DNA of 64,000 nucleotides from Spirochaetia bacterium (GCA_963662795.1 OY759746.1:352001-416000), one strand, 5' to 3'; numbered from the stretch's first letter, positions 18,600 to 29,830 are shown. Translations and numbers: made by a program. The notes: generated by a model from the letters alone, not told the origin.

Positions 18600-19496
18600 A
18601 TGCTTAGTCAGAATGATCGTTCAGCGCTCGCCAACAGGGTCATAATTTCCGGTTCAATCATAAATCTCATCTTAATGATTTTCAAGCTTTACGCCGGTAT
18701 AATCGGAAGAAGTTCAGCAATGATCGCGGACGCTGTACACTCGATGTCGGATTTTGTAACTGACATTGTTGTGCTTGCAAGCTTCTGGATTACAAAAAAA
18801 CCTGAAGATAAAACACATGATTACGGTCACGGCAAATTTGAAACCCTTGCTACCCTGATTGTTGGGATCGCGTTATTCACTGTCGCGTCAGGTATCGGCT
18901 ACAATGGACTTATAAATGTAATTGATTTCATCAGCGGCAGAAAAATTGAAAAACCCGGAGTACCCGCACTGATAGCTGCGGTTATTTCGATTATTACAAA
19001 GGAACTGCTTTACAGGTGGACTTTCAATACCGGGGTGAAAATCAACAGTCAGGCAGTTATAGCCAACGCCTGGCATCATCGGTCAGACGCGTTTTCCTCA
19101 ATAGGAACATGCATTGGCATATCAGGCGCGATTTTATTAGGCGAAAAATGGCATATCCTTGATCCGGTAGCGGGTATAATTGTTTCATTTTTTATACTGA
19201 AAGTAGCAGTTGAAATATTTTTAAAAAGTATTAATGAACTTCTGGAATGCTCACTGAGTGAAAAAGAAAAGCAGGAGATTTTAAATTTGATTAAAAGTGT
19301 CAGGCACGCGCATGACCCGCATAAATTGAAAACGAGAAGGATTGGCAATAATATTTCTCTGGATTTTCACATCAGGATAGATCCTGACATGAAAATTACA
19401 GAGGGCCATGAAATAGCGACAATTATAGAAAATACCATAAGAGAAAAGTACGGGTCAGGCACTTTTATATCAATTCATATTGAACCCGGCAGGTGA
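18600..19496 (+). CDS. Cation diffusion facilitator (FieF/CzcD-like)
   Basis: ADAVHSMSD, H.YGHGKFE, NAWHHRSDA, IHIEP; start moved to ATG 18600 after a GGAG RBS. Confidence 0.93.
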   Translation: MLSQNDRSALANRVIISGSIINLILMIFKLYAGIIGRSSAMIADAVHSMSDFVTDIVVLASFWITKKPEDKTHDYGHGKFETLATLIVGIALFTVASGIGYNGLINVIDFISGRKIEKPGVPALIAAVISIITKELLYRWTFNTGVKINSQAVIANAWHHRSDAFSSIGTCIGISGAILLGEKWHILDPVAGIIVSFFILKVAVEIFLKSINELLECSLSEKEKQEILNLIKSVRHAHDPHKLKTRRIGNNISLDFHIRIDPDMKITEGHEIATIIENTIREKYGSGTFISIHIEPGR

Positions 19497-19576
19497 ATGT
19501 ATACACTCTCTTTATGATTGATCCCCTGCGGCTTTATACCGCGAAATTCTGCAATTACTCGGCCGGCGGAATACCT

Positions 19577-20362
19577 CTATGCCAGGCCGGACAATGCAAT
19601 TCCAATTCCATAAGCCGCGCCTGCTGCCAGGCCGCCGACTATGAGCATCTCAAAGCCTGATTTGATCCAGTTTTGCCCGGTAAAAAATGTCTTTATAGCG
19701 CCAAGCGTAAACAGTGTTACACCTGTCAGTGCAGTTGCGACAGGAAACCCGAGTTCCGGGTTCACAGGAAAGATACGGGACGCTAAAAAAGACAGGAGGG
19801 GGACAACTCCAAAAAGCGCGAAAGCGAAAAAGGTCGCAAGGGCATTTTTAAGGGGAGAGCCCTCTTCCTTTACAATACCCAGCTCCTCTGCCATCATTAT
19901 ATTTACCCATGCATCCTGATGCTTTGAGATTATTTCGGTAACAGCGTGCGCATCTGCTTCACTCATACCCAGTTCAGTATATATTTCCTCAAGTTCCTTT
20001 TTTTCACCTTCAGGATAATTCTCAACTTCCCATTTTTCCCGTTCATATTCCGCCCGGTTGTAATCCCGTTCAGCTTTCGAACTCAGGAAATCGCCTATAG
20101 CCATGGATAATCCGTCGCCTATAAGGTTGGCGAACCCGAGAATCAATACTATTCCGGCTGAAAGTGACGCACCTGCGACCCCGGCCACTACGGCGAAGGT
20201 TGTAATAATTCCGTCAAGTCCGCCGTAAACTACACTCTTTATATATTTACCCTGTTCTGTTGTATGCAGTTCAGTGGCTGAAGCCTGATGTGCATTAATA
20301 CTTGCTTCCTTGCTCTTGTTTTTATAGGCTTCTTTTGCCTTTTCAAGGTCCCTGCTCAGCAT
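19577..20362 (-). CDS. VIT1/CCC1-family Fe/Mn transporter
   Basis: VYGGLDGIITTFAVV, ANLIGDGLSMA. Confidence 0.93.
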   Translation of the reverse strand: MLSRDLEKAKEAYKNKSKEASINAHQASATELHTTEQGKYIKSVVYGGLDGIITTFAVVAGVAGASLSAGIVLILGFANLIGDGLSMAIGDFLSSKAERDYNRAEYEREKWEVENYPEGEKKELEEIYTELGMSEADAHAVTEIISKHQDAWVNIMMAEELGIVKEEGSPLKNALATFFAFALFGVVPLLSFLASRIFPVNPELGFPVATALTGVTLFTLGAIKTFFTGQNWIKSGFEMLIVGGLAAGAAYGIGIALSGLA

Positions 20363-20522
20363 AATCCACTCCTGATCAAGACTTTACCCTTTATAAAGAA
20401 TTATGCCAATGGATATGTTTATGCCGGGAGGACAGTTTCCGCATGGTAAATCATGTACAGCTGCCGCATCAGATTACATACCACGGCTGAGATCTGTATT
20501 CAAATCTCAGCATTCTTTCAGT

Positions 20523-22019
20523 TTACAGTTTCATTGCACCAAGCAGTTCATCCAGATTTACTGAGGCAAAACTCGAAGAATAGTCGCTCATCGCATAAGG
20601 GATGATGAGCTCAGATCCGTGAAGAATTGCCCCGCAGGTGTAGACAACATTTGGAACATAGCCTTCCCGCTCGGATTCGTTAGGCTCTATAAGCGGCTCC
20701 TTCAGACGTCCAATAACTTTTGAAGGATCTTTAAGATCCAGAAGAAAAGCGCCAAGGCAGTATCTGCGCATCGCACCTACTCCGTGGCTTAATACCAGCC
20801 AGCCTTTGTCTGTCTCGATAGGAGATCCGCATGTGCCGATTTTTATCATTTCCCAGGGCTGCTGCGGCTTCAGAAGAAGTTTCGGCTGCTGCCAGAAATG
20901 GATATTATCCGAATACATCAGGAGTATGTTTTCATCATCCTGCCTCGAGAGCATTGCGTACTTCCCGTTTATTTTACGGGGAAACAGCGCCATTCCCTTA
21001 TTCTGAACAGCAGGGCCGTTTAGTGTAATAAACTTGAAATTAATAAAATCCTTTGTCTCAAGCAGCTGAGGCAGGGTAATTTTCCCGTCATAAGCTGTAT
21101 AAGTAGCATAATAAGTAAAGCTGCCGCCGCTCTCCTGAAATTTGACAAATCTTGCATCTTCAATACCGTTGCTCTGGCTTGACATTGAAGGGAAAAGAAT
21201 ACGCTGGGAAACATGGGTACCGGGATCAAAATTAACCTCAAAATTGGACTCTGCAAGAAGAAGAATACCCTGGACAGCCCTGTCCGCCATAATATCAACC
21301 TGGCTCATTTTTTTTCTCTCATCATCAAGTATCCTGCGAAGATCTGAAAGAGAAAACTCCCCGGGAAGGTTTCCAGCCGTACGTCTGCAGAAATTACTGT
21401 GAAGACCCGCCTCCTGCAGTTTGCGTGTAAACAGCTCCTTCTCAAAAACCGTATCTACAACACCTTCAGGCTCTGCAATAAAAGGCACATGGGGAGAAAG
21501 GATAATACGGTGCTGCGCATTCACAGTACCTGTTCTGAAAGTTATGGATGAGATATGCCCTTCCCCTACGGCCCTTAAGCTTAAAATAAAACGGACTGAC
21601 TCCGGAGGAAGATTGCTCTGGTCAGGATGCGCCACAATTGAAGGATTGAAAAGGGCCGCGGCTTCCGGTGAATACTCGTGTGTAAAATATGCTCCGATAA
21701 GAGCTTTTTTCACATCTGACGGATCTCCTGCCTTACCCATGTATTTCAGTTTTACCTGCAGATATCGGTTATCCAGAGTATTTTCAACATTCTCATGACG
21801 TCCGCAGAAATCACCCAGGACCTCTTTAAGAAGGACTGCGGCTTCTGCTTCGGGAAGCCCCATTACATACTCAATTATTCGGGAAGCTATATCCTTCCGT
21901 ACCGGAAAAAAAGGACGCATAAGCACCCTTGTGATATCAGGATTAATTGTAGGCCCGATACGTTTGGCATGCAGATTTTTCTGAGTTGAATAATTATCAT
22001 TTTCTTTTTTTATTTTCAT
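20523..22019 (-). CDS. GH130-family glycosidase/phosphorylase with N-terminal extension
   Basis: FNPS, NGIEDAR, YTAYDG, NKGMALFP, GYVPNVVYTCG. Confidence 0.88.
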   Translation of the reverse strand: MKIKKENDNYSTQKNLHAKRIGPTINPDITRVLMRPFFPVRKDIASRIIEYVMGLPEAEAAVLLKEVLGDFCGRHENVENTLDNRYLQVKLKYMGKAGDPSDVKKALIGAYFTHEYSPEAAALFNPSIVAHPDQSNLPPESVRFILSLRAVGEGHISSITFRTGTVNAQHRIILSPHVPFIAEPEGVVDTVFEKELFTRKLQEAGLHSNFCRRTAGNLPGEFSLSDLRRILDDERKKMSQVDIMADRAVQGILLLAESNFEVNFDPGTHVSQRILFPSMSSQSNGIEDARFVKFQESGGSFTYYATYTAYDGKITLPQLLETKDFINFKFITLNGPAVQNKGMALFPRKINGKYAMLSRQDDENILLMYSDNIHFWQQPKLLLKPQQPWEMIKIGTCGSPIETDKGWLVLSHGVGAMRRYCLGAFLLDLKDPSKVIGRLKEPLIEPNESEREGYVPNVVYTCGAILHGSELIIPYAMSDYSSSFASVNLDELLGAMKL

Positions 22020-24304
22020 ATTAACTCTCCCGGAAACTCCTTAAAACTGGTAAGTGTACTTTGAAGTTTCTGCATTTCAACCAGTGAAAGCAGAAAAGCA
22101 AGTGTTGATTCAGCACCCTGATTCTGACTGACCCTGTCTACATGCAGGCCGTCGCGGCAGCCTCCTGTAATTGAGTCATAAATCAAAAGCCCCAGATCAT
22201 TCCGTCCGAGAAACCATTCAAATGCCCTTACCGCCTCAAATGTCCAGAAAACATCTCCTGTTGTTGTATATGCTTCTATGCAGGCGGAAATTGTTGCCTG
22301 GGCCTCAATCGGCTGCTGATCGTAGAGTGCGCGCACTTTGTCCCGGCTGTAAAAACCGTTCGACCCGACAGGCCTGAAAGCTCCGCTTTCGGAAGTCTGA
22401 ACCTTAACAAGCCACCTGAGTGTCTTAAGCCCGGTTTCAAGTATTTTTTTATTATTCATTTTTCTTCCGCTCAGAATCAGCGCATGGGATAATTTAGCAT
22501 TTGCATACGTAACTGTATCCTCAAACCACTGCCAGTCTTCAGATGAAGCATCCGCATAACGCTGCATCAGCTTCTCCGCGAGTATTTCACGGATCTGTCC
22601 CGCACGCCGGTCGCCGCTTAATCTTTCAAGATATTCACTGATGCCTATAAGGGTAAAAGCCCATGCGCGGGGAGACGTAAACTCAGTAACACCCGGAAGC
22701 GCCTGTTCAAAAAGCTCTGCGGCTAGCATCTGAAAGCCCCCTTTTCCCGCATGCCCTACGCAGTAGCCCAGCGCCCACAAAGCCTGTCCGCTGCAGTCCT
22801 CGGAACCTTCATCTTCAAGCCACTTACGGTCAAAACTCATGAAATTTCGGAAACGGCGTGATTTTCGGTCAAATGCATAATTTAAAAATGCCGCATAGGT
22901 TTTAGATAATTCATCTATCCTGGCTGAGCTTTTTCCTGACTGCTGTATCATCAGGGTCAGCAGAAGAGCACGGGCGTTATCATCTGTGCAGTAACCTTCT
23001 GTAAAGTTTGGCACTGTATAGTTTGCGTGCTGGAATATTCCGGTAGAATCACTCATGTTAAAAAGGTGCTGAGGTCTTAAAAGAGGAAGCTGCCCGGGCT
23101 GTTCATCAAGAGTCTTGATGGGAGATGAGTTTCTCCCCACAAAACTATGATCCTGCCCTGCCTGGTGAAAAGATTTCATATAAAGCCGGGCGATACGGGA
23201 CCAGACCATCTCCCGTCCCAGCTGATAGGCATTTTTACGCATCAGATGACGCATCGGCTCGTTTTTAAGCAGTTCTATCACAGCTTCCGTTACTGCCTTT
23301 GAATCACGGAATGGAATAAGCCTGCCCCGGTCTTCTGCAAGCAGTTCCGCCGCATGCCAGTACGGAGTTGATATTACCGCATTGCCTGAACCGAAGGCAT
23401 AGGCAAGTGTCCCTGATGTTATCTGGCTTTCTGTAAGATAGGGTGTAATATAAATATCTGCAGCACCGATAAATCTCATAAGTTCGGCAATCTCAAGGAA
23501 ACGGTTAAAAAATACCACGTGCTTCTGAACTCCAAGATCCTTAGCCAGGCGCTCAAGGCTTAACCTGTAAAGCTCACCTTCATTTCTAAGGAGATTGGGG
23601 TGGGTCTGCCCTACAACTATAAAAACAAAGTCAGGGAATTCAGAGATAATTTCAGGCAGCGCATTAAGAACATACTCAATACCCTTGTTGGGAGATAAAA
23701 GACCGAAGGTAAGTAAAACATGCTTGCCGGCAACCCCAAACTCATCTTTATAGAAGTTGGGGTCCGAAAAAGGCATATCAGGTATTCCATGGGGGATCAG
23801 ATCAATCTTTTCAGGCGGCACTTTATAGATATCAAGAAGAAAATCCCTGCCCTTTTCAGTCATAACGGCAAGCCTTGTGGAAAGCCTGATAAGTTCCCGC
23901 ATTACACGCCTTTGATCAGCATCAGGTTCCCGCAGTATTGTATGAAGTGTTGTTACTACAGGCATACGAAGCTCGTGCATAAGGGCAAGCAGATAACTGC
24001 CATCTTTCCCGCCGAATATCCCGAACTCGTGCTCAACACACAGCACATCAACATCCGTGATATTGAGAAAATCCGCGGCCCTGAGATAGGATGGCAGGTC
24101 CTGTTCTTCAATCTCGAACCTTACTTCCGGCGGGTAATCATACCCTTCCCTGATATCGTTGACAGGTACAACCGGGCACTGTATGGATGGAAATTCTTTA
24201 GCCACAGCTGTCCGTAAATCCGTAGTGAATGTAGCAATTCCGCATTTCCTGGGTAAATAATCTCCCAGAAAAGCTATTTTTTTGATATTTGATGGTTTTT
24301 GCAT
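22016..24304 (-). CDS. GT4 glycosyltransferase fused to a six-hairpin glycosidase-like domain
   Basis: PRKCGIATFT, TFGLLSPNKG, SGTL (GT4); GYCTDDNARAL, DQQPIE, NQGAESTL (C-terminal domain). Confidence 0.88.
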   Translation of the reverse strand: MQKPSNIKKIAFLGDYLPRKCGIATFTTDLRTAVAKEFPSIQCPVVPVNDIREGYDYPPEVRFEIEEQDLPSYLRAADFLNITDVDVLCVEHEFGIFGGKDGSYLLALMHELRMPVVTTLHTILREPDADQRRVMRELIRLSTRLAVMTEKGRDFLLDIYKVPPEKIDLIPHGIPDMPFSDPNFYKDEFGVAGKHVLLTFGLLSPNKGIEYVLNALPEIISEFPDFVFIVVGQTHPNLLRNEGELYRLSLERLAKDLGVQKHVVFFNRFLEIAELMRFIGAADIYITPYLTESQITSGTLAYAFGSGNAVISTPYWHAAELLAEDRGRLIPFRDSKAVTEAVIELLKNEPMRHLMRKNAYQLGREMVWSRIARLYMKSFHQAGQDHSFVGRNSSPIKTLDEQPGQLPLLRPQHLFNMSDSTGIFQHANYTVPNFTEGYCTDDNARALLLTLMIQQSGKSSARIDELSKTYAAFLNYAFDRKSRRFRNFMSFDRKWLEDEGSEDCSGQALWALGYCVGHAGKGGFQMLAAELFEQALPGVTEFTSPRAWAFTLIGISEYLERLSGDRRAGQIREILAEKLMQRYADASSEDWQWFEDTVTYANAKLSHALILSGRKMNNKKILETGLKTLRWLVKVQTSESGAFRPVGSNGFYSRDKVRALYDQQPIEAQATISACIEAYTTTGDVFWTFEAVRAFEWFLGRNDLGLLIYDSITGGCRDGLHVDRVSQNQGAESTLAFLLSLVEMQKLQSTLTSFKEFPGELI

Positions 24305-24717
24305 TAAATGTTTTTTCCCCGCAGGTCAGTTTCCCTGCTGTTTCTTCGATTTGATTAGCCAAGCGGCTGATTGCAGAAAAAACCATTTACCGCTTTAAAG
24401 ACGGTAATAGTCATATCTTGATATTGAGTTGAAAAGCTTCCGCCTGCTTCCTGTTTGTTACGTGTTTATAAAAATCAGAATGGTTTTATGTATTACAATT
24501 GTTAAATTTATTTACCGGTAACAGCTTTAATTGTAGTCCTGAGGCAGTTTAATGTCAATCAGCAGGGTAATACAGAAAATTGTCTGGAAACAGAGAATAA
24601 TGTATACGGAGGAAAAAATTATTAAAATTAAACAGGATATTTAAAATAGAAAGTGTTATAGTTATAATAAGCATACATAATTCAATCATTAATATAAACA
24701 AATAAGAGAGAGAAATA

Positions 24718-26658
24718 ATGGACAATAAAGAGAGCTTTATACATTCTTCAGAATATGCGGAGTGTATTATCGAAACAATCCGCGAACCATTGATTGTCCT
24801 TGATCATGACTTAAGAGTTATTTCGGCTAACCGCTCATTTTTTAGTTTTTTCAAAGTGACACCTGAAGAGACTATAGGGCAGGAAATCTATAATCTGGGA
24901 AATAATCAATGGGATATTCCAAAACTGCGTGAACTGCTGGAAGCTATCCTGCCTCAACAAACAATCTTTAATGATTACAGGGTTGAACACTATTTTAATA
25001 CAATCGGCCGGCGCATCATGCTGTTAAACGCCCGGCAGATTGATCATATGAAGGGAATGGAGAAAATCATACTCCTTGCATTCGAGGACATTACTGTCAA
25101 GGAGCTAATCCAGCTTGATCTTGAGGATTCTGAAGAACGGTTCAGACGGTTATTTGAAACAGCCAAAGACGGCCTTCTTCTTGTGGAAAAGAAGAAAGGT
25201 TATATTGTTAATGCCAATTCTGCTGTCTGCAAAATGCTCGGTTATACACAGGAAGAAATCATCGGAAAAGCACTTCAGGATTTTAATTTTTCAATAAACC
25301 TTGGCGATATTGACAGTATTTTGGAGAATTTAATTATTACCGGCCTTGTATCCCATGATGACATCCTGGTTAAGGATAAACAGGGATCTAACGTAGGAAT
25401 TGATCTGCAGCTGATTGACAGGGCAAGATTTATTCAATGCAACTTCAGGGACATAACTGAACGCAAGACTGCGGATATAGAAAAAGGAATCCTGAGAGAT
25501 CAGCTCAACCAGGCACAGCGGATGGAAACCATCGGGACTTTGGCCGGAGGGATTGCCCACGATTTAAACAATATTCTCTCTATCATTTTCGGCAACGCTG
25601 AACTGGCGCTTGATATTATTTCATCTGAAAATCCAGTCAGAGAAAATATTGAAGAGATTCTTGAAGCTTCCAGCCGGGCAAAAGACCTTGTCAGGCAGAT
25701 ACTGACTTTCAGCCGGAAAGAGAAAACAAAGCATAATCCAATACATCTCCAGCCTCTCATAAAAGAAACACTTAAACTTCTCCGTTCCACAACGCCGAAT
25801 TCCATATCAATAATTCAGGACATATCAAAAGACTGCGGAGCAGTCATGACAGATATAACCCAATTCCATCAGATAATAATGAACCTCTTCAGAAATGCTG
25901 TTCAGGCCCTGAACGGGAATGGTGAGGTGAAAGTAAGTTTGAAAGAAGTAAATTTAAGCAGCGAAGATTTGACTTATTTTTCAATAATGACTCCCCGTTC
26001 AATAAAAAGAACGGGCGCATTCGCCAGGTTATCAGTGGCAGATAACGGCACCGGAATTGATCCGGCAATAATAGAAAGAGTTTTTGAGCCTTTTTTTACA
26101 ACCAAGCAAACAGGTGAAGGTACAGGCATGGGTCTTTCTGTTGTTCATGGTATTGTCAAAAGCCAGGATGGATTTATAACGATTGAAAGTGAAGATGGTA
26201 AAGGCACTAATTTCAGTGTTTATCTGCCGATAACGCAGATGGAAGAAATTCTTAACGATGAAGAAAAAAGCCATAATGCGATCGGCACGGAGCATATACT
26301 TCTGGTTGATGATGAAGAAAGTATACTTATCATGGCTAAACAGATGCTGGAAGGAATGGGGTATAATGTTATAAGTGAAAACAGCAGCAATAAAGCTCTT
26401 GAGACTTTCAAATCTAACCCTTCCCTTCTTGATCTTATAATTACCGACCAGTCTATGCCCAACATGTCCGGCTCTGATCTTATTGCCGAGATATTGAAAA
26501 TAAGGCCGGATATGCCGAATATTCTCTGCAGCGGATACAACATTAAAATATCAGAAAGTGATATTGAAGATAAGAGAAACATTATGTATCTAAGTAAACC
26601 ATACAGCAAAAAGTTATTGACCTGGACTGTCAGGGAAATACTGGACAGGAAAAAATAA
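24718..26658 (+). CDS. PAS-PAS hybrid sensor histidine kinase
   Basis: AGGIAHDLNN H-box, DNGTG, FFTTK, GTGMGL, C-terminal REC. Confidence 0.93.
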   Translation: MDNKESFIHSSEYAECIIETIREPLIVLDHDLRVISANRSFFSFFKVTPEETIGQEIYNLGNNQWDIPKLRELLEAILPQQTIFNDYRVEHYFNTIGRRIMLLNARQIDHMKGMEKIILLAFEDITVKELIQLDLEDSEERFRRLFETAKDGLLLVEKKKGYIVNANSAVCKMLGYTQEEIIGKALQDFNFSINLGDIDSILENLIITGLVSHDDILVKDKQGSNVGIDLQLIDRARFIQCNFRDITERKTADIEKGILRDQLNQAQRMETIGTLAGGIAHDLNNILSIIFGNAELALDIISSENPVRENIEEILEASSRAKDLVRQILTFSRKEKTKHNPIHLQPLIKETLKLLRSTTPNSISIIQDISKDCGAVMTDITQFHQIIMNLFRNAVQALNGNGEVKVSLKEVNLSSEDLTYFSIMTPRSIKRTGAFARLSVADNGTGIDPAIIERVFEPFFTTKQTGEGTGMGLSVVHGIVKSQDGFITIESEDGKGTNFSVYLPITQMEEILNDEEKSHNAIGTEHILLVDDEESILIMAKQMLEGMGYNVISENSSNKALETFKSNPSLLDLIITDQSMPNMSGSDLIAEILKIRPDMPNILCSGYNIKISESDIEDKRNIMYLSKPYSKKLLTWTVREILDRKK

Positions 26659-26775
26659 TAATCCAAATGGGATTCCTGCTTAAGGGAGGATAATTCTACC
26701 AGGAATAAGGAAATAGTTGCTGTTCGATTTCTTTATGAAAAACATGAATGGTAAAGACTCCAACTCCATTTTTTT

Positions 26776-27432
26776 CTAAACAAAAGGCATTGCAAAAAGA
26801 TTTTTACGGGACAGACCGTTCTTTTTTGCCTGCTTCCTCCAGCCGAATTCCCCTGCCAGCCTGAAGAAAAGCCAGGGCAGCCTGTGCTGTGTATAAATAT
26901 TTTTTTCAAGTTTACCATCCGGTTTAACTATAGCTTCCGCTATCACACCCAGCGTGGTAAATAAGGGCCTGCGTATACCGGCTTGTGCCGGAACATTCTT
27001 AATTTCCCGTATCATCTCTCCAGTACCGATTCCGGCGCCGCCGCACCATACAAGCCCGGAGGATATGCAGAAATGCTCCATAATTTTCAAAGCTGTTTCA
27101 TTCTGAATGCCTTCGTAAAATCCGCAGTTGCAGACAGCAAAAACTCTCTGATTCCTGTTTTTCTGCAAAAGATACCCTTTCTTATATTCCTCAAGAAAAC
27201 GCATCAGCGAAGCCGGAATGCTGTCGATATAAAGGGGAAAAGCAATAAGCAGAACATCACAGCTGTAAAGCTCCTGATTCAATTCACTGCCGGATATATT
27301 CTTCTGCTCACGGATCTGCGATACACTCTTCCATCCAGTCTCTGCAGGGAGATAATTTTTTATGATAGATAATATTTCATTTGAATTAGATTTAATCCCT
27401 TTGGGACTTCCATTGACAGCCGCGATTTTCAT
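26776..27432 (-). CDS. Flavodoxin-like / NADPH-FMN reductase family protein
   Basis: NGSPK...SNS, FPLYID, NCGFYEG. Confidence 0.8.
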   Translation of the reverse strand: MKIAAVNGSPKGIKSNSNEILSIIKNYLPAETGWKSVSQIREQKNISGSELNQELYSCDVLLIAFPLYIDSIPASLMRFLEEYKKGYLLQKNRNQRVFAVCNCGFYEGIQNETALKIMEHFCISSGLVWCGGAGIGTGEMIREIKNVPAQAGIRRPLFTTLGVIAEAIVKPDGKLEKNIYTQHRLPWLFFRLAGEFGWRKQAKKNGLSRKNLFAMPFV

Positions 27433-27986
27433 TTACTTACCCCTGTTTCAAACCATCCTGTGAATTCTGTTATATTTTCATTATTTTGAATTATATAGGA
27501 ATTTTTCAATTTTCTTTTTCCCAGATTATCGCTGAAAGAATCAATAAATTTTTTATATGTGCCTGTCTCATCATCACTGTCAGCGCCATAACCGACAGAA
27601 AGAAGAACCGGCATTGTTTTGTATCTCAGCCTGTGGTGCATCTCTCCGTTGAACCTGCGAAAGTATGGATGAAGCAGCGGCGGAAGACGGTCTATATAAA
27701 ATTTGATACTTGTGCTGAATCCTCCCCATGTTATACGGCTTATAACAAGTAAATAATCAGCATCAAAGACCTGACGCAGATATTCATCTCCGCGGTCCTG
27801 TTTATAAATACAGATGCCGGGCGTTTTAATCCAGCAACCAAAACACCCGATGCAGGGTTTCAGCTCTTCACCGGAGACATCAAAAGTTTCAAAAACCAGA
27901 CCTGACGCGGTGCAGACCTTATATACAGCACTGTAACAGGCACAGGCTTCGGCTTCAGATGAATCATACAGAATCACAATTTTCAT
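27429..27986 (-). CDS. Iron-sulfur flavodoxin-family protein
   Basis: CIGCFGCWIKTPG.C. Confidence 0.8.
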   Translation of the reverse strand: MKIVILYDSSEAEACACYSAVYKVCTASGLVFETFDVSGEELKPCIGCFGCWIKTPGICIYKQDRGDEYLRQVFDADYLLVISRITWGGFSTSIKFYIDRLPPLLHPYFRRFNGEMHHRLRYKTMPVLLSVGYGADSDDETGTYKKFIDSFSDNLGKRKLKNSYIIQNNENITEFTGWFETGVSK

Positions 27987-28015
27987 TTTGGCTCCTTTTC
28001 TTTAATTTCAGGCAA

Positions 28016-28077
28016 TTTATGTTTACAGTGTCAACATAAATAAAACATACAGCAAGATGTTACAGTGTCAACATAAA
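28016..28077. promoter_or_regulatory. Two putative TetR operators
   Basis: Imperfect palindrome TTTATGTTTACAGTGTCAACATAAA (28016-28040) and a second copy TTACAGTGTCAACATAAA, between divergent genes. Confidence 0.7.
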
Positions 28078-28093
28078 ATGATATTATTTTTTC

Positions 28094-28711
28094 ATGACAG
28101 AAACATATCATCATGGAAACCTGCGTAAAGAGCTTATTAATTCAGGATTAAAGATGCTAAACCGCAGCGGTATAGCATCTTTTTCACTGCGGAAGCTGTC
28201 TACTGAACTCGGAGTAAGCCATACAGCGGCATACCGCCATTTTAAAGACAGGGAGGAACTGCTGAAAGCAATACTGATAGAATCATCGCTGATGTTTCAA
28301 AAGGCTCTCGAATCTTCAGTCAAACCCGGTACGGAAGGAGAAGAAGCTCTTATGCAGCTGGGCTCCGGCTATATCCATTTTTTTCTTGATAATCCGGAAA
28401 TTCTGCATCTTTTTGCCATGATGCCATCTGAGCAGAACCTTTTAATATCAATACTCAAAGATACAGACAGAAGTCACTTAAACAGTGATTTAGAAACCCT
28501 GTCAAGACACAGGTCTTTCGGAATATTCAGGGAGACAGTTTCTGCGGCAAAAAAAAATAAACTGTACACAGGACTTTCTGAGCAGGAAATACTGCTTGGC
28601 TTCTGGAGCAAGGTGCACGGGATAACCACAATTCTTATAACACAGAAAAACTTTATTCCGGCTGATAAACTTGATGAGGTAATCGAGAGGGTTCTCCGCA
28701 CACCGTTTTAG
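28094..28711 (+). CDS. TetR/AcrR-family regulator (WHG-like)
   Basis: YHHGNLR, FSLRKL...GVSHTAAYRHF. Confidence 0.92.
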   Translation: MTETYHHGNLRKELINSGLKMLNRSGIASFSLRKLSTELGVSHTAAYRHFKDREELLKAILIESSLMFQKALESSVKPGTEGEEALMQLGSGYIHFFLDNPEILHLFAMMPSEQNLLISILKDTDRSHLNSDLETLSRHRSFGIFRETVSAAKKNKLYTGLSEQEILLGFWSKVHGITTILITQKNFIPADKLDEVIERVLRTPF

Positions 28712-29009
28712 CAGCATTTTACATACCGGCTTAAAGTTGCCTTGAAGAAAAATTGTCAGTATTTATAAAAAATATTCTGCAGATGAAGGAGAATACAGAA
28801 AAAGGTCTGTGTCTTGAGTTGTCCTCCATACCAAAGGTTTGGTTATGATTTTTTATTTAAACTTTTAATCCACTTTTGACTGTTTCTTTATATAGTTTGA
28901 TGATGTTGTCTATATTGAAGACATAGTTATCCCGGAGTAGTATTTATTTTTATAATTTTAATCATTGCCTCAGGCGAGGGCAGATATCATGTCATAAGGG
29001 AAAAACCAT

Positions 29010-29345
29010 AGCCCTTATTCCCATCCGTTTTACGGTGCCAGATATCAACAACTTCAGTTGAACCGTCAGTAACATAATAATGGTCGAACATGGCGCCTGT
29101 TGCGCATGCGTGATTGGGCAGTATCCTGAGCTTGCTGCCGATCTCAAATGTGCTTAAGTCAAAACCGCTCCCAGGGCGGTCCTGGACAGAAGCCCTGCGC
29201 ACTTTAAAGCCGCGTCACGTTCTTTTTCAGCAAGAACGCGTATTTCTGAAACTGATCTGTAATTACAGGATTCGCCGGCATGGGTAAGCACTCCTCACAG
29301 CATTACCCCTTTTTCCCTTTCAAGACGGCGGGCGATTTCAGGAAG
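29010..29345 (-). pseudogene. DSD1/D-threonine aldolase-like PLP enzyme remnant
   Basis: ML*GVLTHAGES fragment joined almost directly to the C-terminal LRILPNHACAT; internal stop and large deletion. Confidence 0.65.
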
Positions 29346-29401
29346 AAGCGGAAAAGGAAACTGAGGATAAAATTACCGGCCTTTCCCCGTTCATCGGTTT
29401 C

Positions 29402-29830
29402 GTGGAAGGGGCGTTTACAGGAACGGCCTATATAATATTCAGCATGACAGAACTGGTGAGAAATAATACACCGCTTTATGTTGATGCGGCCACAGCTGTT
29501 CCCTCAATACTGATCGGCTCCCGGGTGGGGATGCGAATGGCGGAATGGGCAACCGTGAAGATGATTGATAACAGGGACGAAAGTTTTCCGGTATTTTTGC
29601 TGAAAGGTACTCTCTACAGTGCTGCTGCCCGGCTGTTACCCTTACAGCCGGCATGTTCCCTCTGTTTGCCGTGGCAAACTATGCCGGCTCAATACAATGG
29701 AACATCAGCCGCGATTATAGATTGTTAAGGCTTGCGGGGATATCCATTACCGGAGGTACGTTATACGGGAGCTTTTTCGGAGGACTCTTCGGAACTCTTT
29801 ACAGCTCGGCTGTATACTTTCTTATAAACT
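29402..29830 (+). other. Possible degraded membrane-protein gene
   Basis: Hydrophobic, Gly-rich fragments in more than one frame; no recognisable family. Confidence 0.25.

Noticed and set aside
20410-20510. Second NiCo riboswitch upstream of the VIT1 gene
   Set aside because: Only loose GGCAGC and TGCGGAAAC similarity; no consistent four-way junction.
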